DNA of 58,753 nt, counting the filler, from Sphacelaria rigidula (Eukaryota), in the NCBI GenBank assembly GCA_964200075.2. It is 7 parts of 7 records of this genome, joined end to end, with 100 filler letters (N's around TTAATTAATTAA, not from the genome) between each part and the next. Parts side by side here need not be neighbours in the genome. Positions count along the whole stretch, not along the records: positions 16,817 to 25,124 come from CAXNAA020011577.1; positions 25,225 to 33,532 come from CAXNAA020011578.1; positions 33,633 to 41,939 come from CAXNAA020011579.1; 4 more parts are not named here. One strand, given 5' to 3'. The notes under the pieces are model-generated. The model was not told where the DNA came from. It was given only the letters and a program-made list of their open reading frames with translations, and did no database searches. Shown piece by piece: positions 22,654 through 34,809 of this stretch (position 1 is the first letter of the stretch; every line of letters starts with the position of its first letter). The position numbers and the translations under genes were made by a program.

Positions 22654-23318
22654 AGTGCTAGTGGGGTTCATGCGCGACTGGTTCCTGTTCAACGATCCCG
22701 TGGGGTCATCATCGGAGCCGATAGTCATCGTTGAGGTTGGATCGGGCCACGGGAAATTTGCCTATCTCGTGCTGAAGCATCTCTTGGAAATGCGGGAGTT
22801 CTTGCCCCGCCTGCCATCCTCTCCGAGCACAGCCGAAGGAGGTGGCAAGCCAGATGGCGATCCCCGAAGAACCGCACCTGAAAGTAGAACCGGTTCTAGC
22901 GTCGACAAGTCAAAAGGAGAAGAATCAAGATTGGAGGGAAAACCAAGTTCCGATGATGGAACGAGCTTTAGTGGTGGTGAAGCGAACGGAGACCCAAAAT
23001 TGCAGGGAGAACCAGAAAATGTAGGTTCTAACGCGCCACCGGATGCGGGGGAAGGAGGCGTGTTCGGTGCAACCGTCGAGAACGGGGTCACCGACGACAA
23101 CGATGCGGGGGAAAACAGTATAACCGGGGATTTGTCGACTTGTCAAACCCATGAAGGAGAGGCGGTCGAATCGGACGTGTGTGACGACGCAGGGAAGAGG
23201 GATGTTAAGGGAATGGGGGGGAAAGGCGCGGGGGCCGGCGATGCAAGGAAGTGGGATGGGAGGGCGCATGGAGAATTCGACGGTCTGCCGTTCCGATACG
23301 TCGTAACTGACGTTGCGC

Positions 23319-23320
<2 letters not shown>
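22654..23320 (+). CDS. Next exon of the methyltransferase-like gene (motif I plus a long acidic/Gly-rich insertion)
   Basis: AAG acceptor; VLVGFMRDWF...PIVIVEVGSGHGKFAYLVLKHL (ExGxGxG SAM-binding motif)...LPFRYVVTDVAQ; GT donor at 23321. Confidence 0.85.
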
Positions 23321-23357
<37 letters not shown>

Positions 23358-23391
23358 GGATTGTCGTTTCGGGCAAAACTTCGATCGCTTT

Positions 23392-23435
<44 letters not shown>

Positions 23436-24239
23436 TCAGTCCGATCGAGTTTTTTTTTTTTTCTTTGGATTTCGATTTTTCAAAATAGGCATAAGATATA
23501 GATGAATATATAAACTCGTAGTACAAATATATAAAGGAGCAGAAGCAAAAAATAATAATGGAGTTCAATAATCATTGCCATAGGATAAACAATGAAGTGA
23601 ATAAATGAATAATTAAATGAATTGGTTGGTTGGTTGAGAATGGATGGTTGGATGGTTTGTTGAATTTTACTTTTTGGATACGGGAAAGACAATATGAATA
23701 CCATGTTCTCTGATAACCGTTTCTCGTTCCTTAACCGCCAACTCGGTACGGTAGGTATAGTAAGTTGCCTTCCGCCCACGACTGTTTTTTTCGAGTCTAC
23801 ATATTCCTGTTTGTCCCATTTATATATTTTTCTCTTGGTGTTCTGCCGTTTCCTCGAGCTTCGTTGTACCGAGTGAGTTTTTTTTTTGTCTTTTGATGTA
23901 ATGTTTTACTTTTCTGTTTCTTATTTTTTTCTCCAGTCTTTGGGTACGTCTATCATCTGACCACGGCTGGATCATGACTCCTGGGGGGTCAGTTGAAGTA
24001 CGACAATCAACCAGCCAATCATACAAGATCAAATCAAATCAATCATCTTTCACCGGCTGGACACTTGTATATTGTGGATCATGACCACAGCGGGATTTCT
24101 CGGGCATCAGTTGATGTGCGACGATCGCATCAAGCCAATGTGAATGTGAATGCGTACGATAGATGTTAGAGCTCTGGTCGAGGCTATGTAATAAGCCTTG
24201 CATTTTTTTGTCTTCCCAAATGTCCACTTTACGCAAAAT

Positions 24240-24470
24240 TCGACTCAACGGTCGATGAGGGAAAGGGACCGCTGAATCCCTCTCGCGATAAAAAATAAAG
24301 GCACGCACCGCAGGAGGAAGGTGGAGAACTGAAATAGATAAAAAAGCAAAAGTCCTGTGTGGACTTCCCTCCTGTGTGACCCCGGCTGGTGCGCCCACAT
24401 ATCCCGAAAGGTGTAGACTGGTGCCCAGAATAGATGAGATGACAACGCACACATACACCAAGAAGGAAGC
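24240..24470 (+). repeat. SINE-like dispersed repeat with (CAACA)/(CA)-rich tail; copies at ~27175-27395 and 42040-42117
   Basis: GGTCGA.GAGGG.AAGGG..GCTGAA.CCCTCTCGCGATA...GTGACCCCGGCTG...GGTGTAGACTGGTGCCCAGAATA.ATG.GA.GACAACGCA shared. Confidence 0.8.
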
Positions 24471-24519
24471 GATATGTGACAATAGAGGTCACTTCGATTG
24501 GCCGGAAATATCGCGGAAT

Positions 24520-25065
24520 TTTCTTCGGGATATCTCTCGAGAGGGGATTGGGATGAAAACATATCTGCATGGCCCCATGTACGCGGCGAAAAATATGAAA
24601 CTGCGGTTTCGGGTGGGGGACCTGGACCTGCCAGAGAGAAGAAAGATATATACGAGTAGTCGAAAGGAGGGAAAAGTAGATATACAGAACTGCCCCTGTG
24701 GCAAAGCAATAGAGAGCAAAAGTCATATAATTGCAGAAAGTGAAGTATACAAGGAGGAACGGGACGTTCTTGCGGGAGAAATGAGGGACGTGAACGAAGG
24801 TGGAATGAAATCGTTTGATGCATTAGACAGTAGGGAGGAAACGGTGGCTATACTAGGAGATAGATGGTGGCCAGATACGGCGAAACAGGACGGGGATAAG
24901 ACATGTAAAAGGTGTTTGTGCAATTTATGGAAGAAACGTGATGAGCGCCAGAATGTTGGAGGTGTCTCTATTGGGAGTAGGAATGGTGCTCCGTCTCGAA
25001 AGGGATGCGTGGTCAATGGTCAAATGACTAGGGCAAAACAAATGAGTGCGCTCACCCAACCCCCA
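24520..25065 (+). mobile_element. 5'-truncated non-LTR retrotransposon, ORF2 C-terminus with Zn-finger-like motif
   Basis: KLRFRVGDLDLPERR...NCPCGKAIESKSHII...YKEER...LWKKR...GAPSRKGCVVNGQ, followed by the C-rich tail. Confidence 0.85.
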
Positions 25066-25548
25066 CCCGCGCGCCGCACCCAGCGGCGCGGCGGAAACCG
25101 CGCGCACCAGCGGGAAGCGGACTGNNNNNNNNNNNNNNNNNNNNNNNNNNNNNNNNNNNNNNNNNNNNTTAATTAATTAANNNNNNNNNNNNNNNNNNNN
25201 NNNNNNNNNNNNNNNNNNNNNNNNCAGGGTGGCTTCTCGCGTGCGGGCTTTCAATTTCGAGAGTACCCCCCCCCCCCCCCCCCCCGGGACGGGGGGAAGA
25301 CATGTAAAAGGTTTTTGTGTTTGTATGGAATGAGCGCCGGAATGTTGGAGGTGTCTCTATTAGGAGTAAGAATGGCGCTCCGTCTCGAGAGGAATACGTG
25401 GTCAATGGTCATACGACTAAGGCAAGCATCAAATAAGTACGCCCCCCCCCCTCCCCTCGTCACCCCTCACCCCTCACCCCTCACCCCTCACCCCCACGTC
25501 TCCCTCGTTCCCCGAACACATTCGTCTTGTCTTGGATAAATGGAACAG

Positions 25549-25809
25549 AAGCCGGCGTCTCGGAGGTGGAAGGGTACTCGATCGCTGCCGCCGCTGCCTT
25601 GGCGCTTCTCGCCATGTGTTGCTGCGCGGGGTGCGCGTGCATGAAGCGCAAGAAGCGCAAGGACGCGGTGCTTGCCAGAGACATTCAGGACTTGTCGATG
25701 CAATCACCCGGCGGAAGGAGCTTTGTCGGACCAGCCGCTCCTGTGGGTCCTTCGAGCAAGGGCAACATGTTCTGTGCTGTTGCCGGTCCTAATGGAAAGA
25801 AGAATCAAG
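25549..25809 (+). CDS. Exon of a single-pass membrane protein gene (TM helix plus basic stop-transfer signal)
   Basis: CAG/GT boundaries; AGVSEVEGYSIAAAAALALLAMCCCAGCACMKRKKRK...; phase 1 on both sides. Confidence 0.75.
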
Positions 25810-26269
25810 GTACGTGATATTTGGGGGAGGGGGAAGGGGGTGGTCTGATGATCTTGCATACTAAACACCGGTGACCTCGCTTCCCTCAAGGAACCCGGGA
25901 CAAAGCACCCTGAAATTTCACCGCACCAGGCTCCTCACAATCAATCTCCAAGCGTGACACAAAATGATGTGTTTGGCGAGTCGCATGAGGTGTGGCCTGC
26001 ATCATGCTACGATAGTTCGACCCGAAGCGTACTGATTTCTTCGCCGATGAATGACAGCCTCCAATGTGTTGCTTCTTTTGCTGCGGAGGCATCCCCCCCC
26101 CCCCCTCCTCACCCCTATTTTCTGTTCCCAATGATGGCATGGTGGTTCCTTCAGTTGTCACTTGTCACGCGGAGTGGCGCAAAGGTGGAGTATGATTTTT
26201 CGGAACCCGCTGTCATGTATTTCATGTTCCGGAGAACGGATCTTGAAGTCCTCTTCGACTAGTTATTTT

Positions 26270-26500
26270 CAGGATTATACACGTTACGTTTATCACGTTT
26301 GTAAAATTTATCGTTCACGTTACGTTTCGTTTGGCACGGTGAAGGAAAAAAATCACGTCAAGTTAACGTCTCATTTTTTAATTTGACATCATGTTGACGT
26401 TACATGTATGACGTGAAAACAAATTTTACGTTCACATAACCATTCGGCTAAAAAGTGACGTGTAGCGCTGTGGCACGTGTAACGTGTATGTAGGCCCCTG
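26270..26500. mobile_element. hAT-like intronic MITE with ACGT-rich subterminal repeats
   Basis: CAGG..TATACACGTTAC / GTAACGTGTATG..CCCCTG ends; dense ACGT motifs; degenerate 8-bp flanks GTTATTTT / TCTATTCT. Confidence 0.55.
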
Positions 26501-26793
26501 TCTATTCTAGTTATAACAGATAGTTAGCTCTCTGACGCGTGAATCACTGGTGACCAATAGCGTTACTCTGTTGCCTAGACGATGAGAACGAGTGCGTGTG
26601 CTGCTGTTCTTATCTCGATTTTGGTTCGGATCTAATTTTCTCTTGATTCTGGCCACATTGTGCTCTGTTCGGCACAGATCATGAGTGCGTGCCTGTTGTT
26701 GCTTGTTCCACTGCGCGCTGGTGCGAACCTCGCTGCTGATTTTTTCCATCCCCATCGGGGTTTTTTTCTGTCCTTTCAATATTCGATGTTCAG

Positions 26794-26925
26794 ATATGGA
26801 GAACGGCAGTGATGCGCACGCCGCTTCCAAGTATGGCGCCGATCCTAAGAAGGGCGGGCGGCCTGACCCGTTCGCTGCTTCGGCAGACGAGGAACAGGCG
26901 CCATCGACACCCAACAAGCACAAGG
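26794..26925 (+). CDS. Internal exon of the membrane protein gene
   Basis: Polypyrimidine tract plus CAG, GTGAG donor; (D)MENGSDAHAASKYGADPKKGGRPDPFAASADEEQAPSTPNKHK; phase-compatible with both neighbouring exons. Confidence 0.75.
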
Positions 26926-28135
26926 GTGAGGTTTGATTCTGAGGCCAGAAATGGATGAACCACTGCCTCGGCAGTGTGTCTTGCTCCTCGTAGCATGATA
27001 TGTCATGCGTTCCACTTCCAATTCAACAATATCCTCGACACTCAAATATGAAAATGCTATGGATCTCACACTAGTCCATGTTCCACCCTTCACGACGGCA
27101 TTTTATCTACCCTACTCTTGATTTTGAAGGGTGTTCCGACTGAGTACCACGCTTGAATGTTATGTACATTCACCCGACTTGATGGTCGACGAGGGGAAGG
27201 GGCTGCTGAACCCCTCTCGCGATAGAAATAAAAGGCAAGCACCGCAGAAGGAAGGTCGGGAAAAAAACACAAACAAGAAAGAAAAAGCTCCTGTTTTGAC
27301 GTTCCTCTTGTGTGACCCCGGCTGACGCTACCACATATATTGAATGGTGTAGACCGGCGTCCAGAATAAATGATATGACAACACGACGACACAGAGCCAT
27401 TGTGTGTCACCTGAGGTAGCAATAGTGGTTGTACCAGCAGAAGGTAATTCACACGTGATGTGGTTGATAAGGCAAGGATGGGCCCGTCTCTGTGATGTAT
27501 GGCATTGCCAAGACCGAACAGGAGTTCGAGCGCCTCATCAGGTTGTGTAGGCTGTGTAAAGATGCTTGGAGATGAGTCTGATATCATCATCCTTCATCGA
27601 TGCGAGAGGGAGTGCCGTACTCACACACACATACACTCCCCTACGGTATAGGGACGGTGATACGTCTCGAAAGGGATGCGTGGTCGATGGTCGAAATACT
27701 AAGGCAAGCAACGAACGAGACCCCCCCCCCCCCCTCTTCCCTCCCTTCCTTGCTCTGTCTCAAAAGGGGTGCGTGGTCAACGGTCAAACGACTAAGGCGA
27801 GCTACAAATGAGCACGCCCCCCTCACCCTTCCCCGCATACGGCGTTTGCTCTGTCTTGAAAAGGATGAGTGATCAATGATGAAACATCTATTAGTAGTAA
27901 TAAGGCGAGCAGCGCATGAATAATATTTTTGCGTGGCCTGTGTTGGCGTTGATTGAATACCCCCCTGAAGCATGTGATACTGGACTGAGAGCGACCAGGT
28001 TGACCCCTTTTCACGTCACGCTAATTTACCACACCTGCATTTGAGGCATGCGAGATCATGAGTACCCGCCCCTCAGTCGACCCCATGCCCACCCACCCGT
28101 CCCGCGCGCCGATCAAAACGAATCTTGCTAAGCAG

Positions 28136-28455
28136 GTGGTATGGCATCAGAGGACGGTTCCACCATCGGATCCCTGTTGGGTCGTGGGGTGAGCTCTTCG
28201 GAAACCCCCCAGCATGCATGGAGGCGCCCAGCCCAAACAATTAGTGCTTGTGAATCGGGAACGCCTGAAGTGTGGGCCCGGAAGCAAGCTCCTGGATTTG
28301 ATCGTTCCTCCGGGAGATTCGGAGTCGAGGAAAGTAAACGCCAAGGATATGGCGAGAGCAAATCGGGCATGGATGATCATGAAGGTGGAGGGTCGAGTTC
28401 AGATTCGGGGGAGAGGACGCCTAAAGGAGCTCCTTACTTCCCCCCCCCGATTTGA
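28136..28455 (+). CDS. Terminal exon of the membrane protein gene (disordered cytoplasmic tail)
   Basis: CAG acceptor, in-phase GGMASEDGSTIGSLLGRG...GAPYFPPPI*. Confidence 0.7.
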
Positions 28456-31400
28456 TTTTAAGGTTGTTTTCGGTTGTTCTTTCTCTTCTTTTCTTGTCTC
28501 TGTTGTGTGGTTGTTCTGTCCCGTCATGAGTTTGGTTTCGGATGTTTCTTGCGGGGCGCAAAAGCTGTGCTGTTTGATTTGAAGTGAGGGATCCCTACAT
28601 TATATACAAATTATATTTTCTTGTTTGCTTGTGTATTGCACGTTGTAGTCAGCTTGGGGTGTTGACTGGTTCGCGTGAGCGCACACTGAATTTATAATTT
28701 TTATTTATCATCTGTACACCTCGTTTGTCCTCCTCAGCGCAAGCTTCTCGACTTGATATCCGTGCACACCCGGGGAATCCGTGAAAAATGAATTTTTTGC
28801 GTTGTTGCTGCTGCTCCCGCTCTTACTGTGCTTGTTGACATGTTGGCGTGTGTGGCGGGTGAACGGGAAAGAAAATATCTCGTCTTTTTTATTGTCTTGA
28901 ATCTCCCTCCAGCCGTGCTTTTCGGCAAAAAGAAGATAAGTTGAGTCGAATAAAAATATTTTCAAAATCCCGTGGAGTTTGGTGATGGTCGGTCTTGATG
29001 GCCGGTGAGTCTAATTGGTGTAACATTTGCCGCGAGCGATCCACTGGAAAAGGGCTATTGACTGTATTTATTACACTGGTATTGCGATGACATTGGTGTG
29101 TACGTGTTTTTTTTGGGATTGCGGGGACTTTGCAGATCTCCTGTCCCGAAGATCTGTGGGGGCCCCGTCATGTTTCCCTTCGAGTACGTAGCGATTCTGT
29201 GTACTTCACGTGGGAGATGAACGTGGGCACGGTAAACCAGCAGTAGTGTTTATTATTCCTCATGCTTGTAATGTCCTTCGCGTGCAGTCTTTTTGTCCCT
29301 TTCTCGTCTCCTGCATTTTGTGTTGCGTCCTGCTTTGCCCTTGTGTTGGGTCGTTCCTCGTGTACACTCCGGTACCTCTACACCAAATTTGTGTATGCTT
29401 TGTTTCCCCTCCCCCTCCTTCCGTGATATTTTTTGTCGGCATTTCTTTGGAAATCCTCGCCCGTCAATCGCGAGTCCTCCCGTGTCCATTAATCCGGCAT
29501 CTCTGAACCCCCGCAGCTTTTTGTTTTTATGCGATGTGTCGAGCGTGTTTATGTGTGTGATTAAAATGTTGGGAATGTTGTCATGAGTGGGGGTCAGGAT
29601 AATATCTTTAAAGCGCATTCCGCGCGTGGATATTTTCGGGGGGCCTGGGGAAGGGACGGAGACCGTCCCCGAGTAACCTTCGGAATTTATTGATGGTCAT
29701 GTCGCTGAACACGCGTTTTGTATGCTTGCGGCTTGATGTTGAGAGGTGGAGTTGGCCGATTAGCCGGCCAGATACAGGTCGTATTGTGACTTTCGCTGCT
29801 GCGCTTATAGGGCCGGTTGGAGTGATTCTATGGTATAGGGGTGTCTTCTTTTCTCGTCGAAACGTTTTGTGAGGCTGCACACTGAGCCCCGGATGTTTGT
29901 CATCAAAAGGCAACAAGAAAATTGTGCGCTCCTACCGTAGTGCCACTCACTGGGGAGTTTTGATTTCCCAACCCCTGTGCTGGCGAGAGTTGGTGAAGGT
30001 CTTTCCCGCCTCGCCATTTGGATATGGATATATTCGGTTCCCTTTTCCTGAAGGTTATGAATACTTTGGATATTTTGCATGGTTGGGTATGGGGTGGTAT
30101 ATTATGTTTCCCGGCGGTGAACAGTGTGTGCATGCATTTGGCGCTTGTGCGTGTGTATGTGAGTGCGTGTCTATTTTTTTCTGCAATTAGTAATCGAATC
30201 ATTCGGTATGTGTGGGTTGGAAGTATATTCCAGCCGCAAAGTTTTGTCTTGTTTTTCCCGCCGTCGGTAATTCCTCTCCGCTAGGTGGGTCCGTTGACGT
30301 ATACGTGTTGTTTTTTGGAGCGATGAGCATAGATATAACCCTCGTGAAGATGGGCGGTTGTCCTCACCGCCTGCTTCCATCACCTCGTTCGATTTCATCA
30401 ACATTTTGCGAGCAGAGGGATGAGGAAAGTGTATGATAGTGCGCAGGTGTAGGCGACCGTACCCGCCGTTCGTTGGCCGAAGTTGGCCGCCCCCTGGTAT
30501 CTCGTTCGTGAAGTCGCATTCCACGGAAAGTTATGTCGAGTTATGGCCTATGGGGGGTGGTTTTCAATGCAGTAGTGAGTGATGTTTCATCCGCTCGTTT
30601 TGTTTTTTTCCTCCCTTCGTAGTCGATGCTGTCGTGTTGGGACAGGATTGATTCCGCATGGAAGCGGATACGAAAGAGTTGTTCATGTATTTTGTTGAAG
30701 GTGATTGATTGATTGGGTGCGAGGGTACTGTTCTCATCTTGCGTGCCGTATAACATGAGTCTCTCTGTGCGCTTTTGTTGGAAAAATTTATATCGAAGCC
30801 CGCGTTATTTTGTATAAATGTCTTTATCCCGTCTTCCTCTGCCCCCCCCCCGCCCATCCCGGTACACCAGATATATTTTTTCCAAGCGCAATGATCGTGA
30901 GTTAGACACTGGCCTGTGTTGTGCGACTAGTGTAATGTGGAGCCTTGTGTGTGACCCACGTGAGAATGTGCAGGCTCGTTACATATATATATATATATTT
31001 ATTTTTTCGCGAGCGCGGGTGGTTTTTCTCCTTTTTGTCCTCTTTAAAGAGGAACAAAACGAACCCAGTTAAGAGTGATGGTTGATGGACAAGTAAAGTG
31101 AGGGAAAGGGGGAGATGCATCGGTCAGCGCACGACTTGCGTTTCCCATCATTCACTGCGTACTCATGTTACAAGTCCATAGGAGGTAACATGATGTAACA
31201 TAGGCTTTTTACGAAGACACCGATTGCGGAGTCATGTACGAGAGTGGCGGATGGCAATGCGGACCGGGGTCTACGCTTTTTGCCGATATTTAGACGGGCC
31301 ACTTTTGATGTGTACGTACGTCAGGACGTTATTCCATTTTTATTTTCCTCTCTGGAGGTCCCACACGACGGACAGCTCATGAGTCACTGAACGATGACTT

Positions 31401-33014
31401 TTTGTTAAAGTACTAATTCGGATCATGAGCTGGCTAATTCGCCCCCCCCCCCCCCCCCCCCTCTTTTTTTCTTTTTTTTCCTGTTTCAGCACTCACCCGT
31501 CCGCATCTCGAGTTTAGTGTGAANNNNNNNNNNCCCTGCACGAACGCCCCGTTGTTTTTTTATTTTTTTTTTTTTTTTAAACTCCAACTGCCCATACGCA
31601 GCGGGCGAATTCCCCCCCCCCCCCCCCCCCTTTTTTTTTCCACGTTTGCCTCGTACGGCGCCTGACGCCGAGCACACGGAGTTGTGCGAAGAGAGCTTTT
31701 TGTCTCCTCCAACCCCACCGTCACGTATTCTGTGTTCTTGGACAACGGGTCTGAGGGGCGTTCTCGATGAGTATTTTTTGAGCTTGCTCATGAGCTGTTG
31801 GACGTTTGGAAGATTTGACACACTGGACATTATTTGGTCAATAGTTTGAATAGACAACGAAATATACTGCGTCAAGTATGAGCCTATCGCAACTATTGCC
31901 CATATACTGCCCAATGTGTGTGCAATATGCCTCTACGCAGTACATTTCTTGCCTAATGCAAGTCATGACTATATTCTGTCGAAGGTAGGGGAAGATTTCC
32001 TGTCTTTTCCCCGGTTGTTTGTTGCGTTTCGGAGAAATATAATGCGGACTATCATTTGCCACAGACCGCGGCCTGGGTTTGTGCACTCGTTGCTACAGGC
32101 GTCGCGGGAATCACATATCATGATATTTTCTTGTTACGTTACGTGTATGGATATTGTGAACATGGTGTGTTGATTCTACCGCCCCCCCTCCCCCCCCTCT
32201 CACTATGTTTCTGTTCTCTGCCGTTCTTGTCCTTGCTTTATTCATCGTTTCATTAGAGAGGTATGAGAGGGGGAAAAGACTGGAGATTTATTTTGTAGCA
32301 TCAGAGGAGTGCAGTCCGAGTGTTCTGTTGCTGCGGTGGTTGGATATGAAAGACGTTTTTTATTTTTGCTTTCGATTTTTCGTTTTCGTTTCTGATTTTT
32401 TGTCGTTTTGACCTTGTGGTGCATAATGGATCACATCGCGGAAGTAATTTTAATATTAACCGAAACATACAACAATAACCGCACGAGTGCGGAAGATGCC
32501 GCAGCTTTAGCCGTGTGATAAACGGATACGGGATGTGTCCTGTCGTGTCCCGTCGGTCGCCCCACAAACAAATTTGTCCACTCGAAAAAAATATATAGAA
32601 GAGAAAAAGCAGTCTCCGGCCATGATGTGTGGCCTCGCTCATCCTGTAAAAATATCTATCCGCAACCTGTAAAATCCTGTGTGAAGAGTGAACTCTGACA
32701 AATGAGAAGAGTTTTTTACGCGAATAAGCAGAGGTGGAATTGTTCGGTATAAAGCCGGATGATACGGCGAACAAATTTTTGGCCTACAGATTATTCGCTT
32801 GTGGGAGGTCGACAAGGTCTCCACAAGTGTTCGATCTCTCTCTCTCTCACGCACACCCCAACTGGCCTGTGGCAGACTCTTGTGGTCGGGCGCCTGGATG
32901 GTCAGATGTTTCGTGTTGGGTGAAACCAAGGATGAATAACACCCCCCAAGTTGATATTGGACCATCAGATGTTATTTTTGCCGCAGCGCACCGTCCTCGC
33001 TGGCATGTGTGTGA

Positions 33015-33308
33015 CAGAGACCAGTAGTCGCGGTTTCGGGAACATTGCCCTGTTTTTCAGCGCACGGAGGCGCGTCCTGTCCCAAAAGAGAGGCAAAGAG
33101 AAAAATCAATCCTCGAATTGGTGAGGTCGACAGGCAAGAAGAGACGAAATCCCTCCCAAGCTCGATGTTCTGGCACATGGAAAATTGGATACATGCTGGT
33201 GACATTGATGATGCCGGTCTCTGGAGCGGTTGGTAATCGCCCAGCGAGGGCACACAAAGGGTACGAGCGAGGAGCTTCCTCTCTTTCGTCGCTAATCTCT
33301 CTGGTGAT
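33015..33308 (+). repeat. Unclassified dispersed repeat; second copy 33633-33940 on the next contig
   Basis: GGGAACATTGCCCT...TTTTCAGCGCAC.GAGGC.CGTCCTGTCC...GCGAGGAGCTTCCTCTCT...CTCTCTGGTGAT in both. Confidence 0.8.
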
Positions 33309-33380
33309 GAGTGATGCTACGGTAGGGGTGCACCAATATTTTCCGAGGTTAGAATTTTTAGGAGCCCTTGATCTCATGCA
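33309..33380 (+). mobile_element. Sola2-like MITE end
   Basis: GAGTGATGCTACGGTAGGGGTGCAC; matches the reverse complement of 39790-39858. The homologous repeat at ~33939 lacks it (empty site). Confidence 0.75.
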
Positions 33381-34260
33381 AAACACCACTTGAGAAAGTA
33401 TGTGAAAGCACGGCAGGATTACTACTCCAACTTGCTGGGGATATCCCGAATGAATTTGCAAACAACAGCCGATCATCTATGTTGAGGATGGTGCTTTTCA
33501 TTGAGGATGAGAACCCGGAGGATTAAAATCTTNNNNNNNNNNNNNNNNNNNNNNNNNNNNNNNNNNNNNNNNNNNNTTAATTAATTAANNNNNNNNNNNN
33601 NNNNNNNNNNNNNNNNNNNNNNNNNNNNNNNNAGAGAACAGTAGTAGCGGTGACGGGAACATTGCCCTATTTTTTCAACATGTTTTCAGCGCACAGAGGC
33701 ACGTCCTGTCCAAAAGGAGAGGTAGAGAGAAATCGATTTTCGCGTTGGCGACAGGCAAGAAGAGACCACGGGATTTCTCCGCACGTTGATGCTCTGGCAT
33801 ATGAAAAAATTTGCACATGCTGGTAAGATCAAGGATGCCAGTCTCTCGAGAGTTTGGTAATCGCCGAGCGGGGACACACAAAGGGCACGGGCGAGGAGCT
33901 TCCTCTCTGTCGTTGCTNNNNNNNNNNCTCTCTGGTGATATCGTCATCGACACGCGTGTACACCGCATTTCGTTGGGTGCACCTAGCCAGAGTTGCCTAA
34001 CCCTTGGACCGCGGTGCCCGTAGTCCATCTGGACCACGCGTGTACGTTTTTCAAGTGAATATTGATGCCGATTCAGCAGGTGACCTACTCTCGCGGTCTA
34101 ACCGGTAACTCCTGCTGCGGAGGTTTGGGAAGGAAGATACTTTCGCTCTGTCTTACTCTTCCGTATCTTCCCTGCAATAATAGAGAAATGGGACTTCAAC
34201 CTCATCTTTTGTTTCAACCCCAAGAATTAGAATCGGCTGTTAAGTGAAGAAATGGAACCG

Positions 34261-34809
34261 TATAACACGGGATTTTACAAATTGGGGATGGATCTTATAT
34301 TGGGGATGAAAACCCAGAGAATTAAAATCTTTGTATCCACACCAAATCTTCGAAGTATGCTTCCATTTCTTCACTTGCTGGTAGCGATTGACAACTACTA
34401 CACGCCATACAAATTTGGATTTGGATAACCGAAATTTTGGGGTCCTAGGTGAAAAAGCAGTTCTTGGGGATTTGAGGTGTCCGATCGGACGCCAAAAAAC
34501 ACGGGTGACCACTGGGGTGCGTGTAACCTCAAATTTGGACTTTACAGACGTTACACAAGGTCTGTACCGTTCAAATTTGAGGTCGCAGGCACCCCAGTGG
34601 CCACCCGTGTAGGTTTTTCACCTAGAACCACGACATTTCGGTCATCGAAATCCCAATTTGTATGGCGTGTAGTAGTCGTCAATAGCTACCAGCAAGTGAA
34701 AAAATGGAAGCATACTTCGAAGGTTTGGTGTGAATACGAATATTTTAACTCTCCGGGTTTTCATCCCCAATAAAAGATACATCCCCAATTTGTAAAATCC
34801 CGTGTTATA
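34261..34809. mobile_element. Foldback/palindromic MITE (~550 bp), TA-flanked, followed by a partial extra arm at 34812-34900
   Basis: TATAACACGGGATTTTACAAATTGGGGATG ... CATCCCCAATTTGTAAAATCCCGTGTTATA. The arms pair to a small loop at ~34553 apart from one ~40-bp bulge. Confidence 0.9.

Noticed and set aside
23320-25549. Joining the methyltransferase exons to the membrane-protein exons as one gene
   Set aside because: Separated by a contig linker and phase-incompatible (0 vs 1).
33015-33940. Apparent tandem duplication across the gap
   Set aside because: The copies are on different concatenated contigs and are diverged; best read as a dispersed repeat at contig ends.
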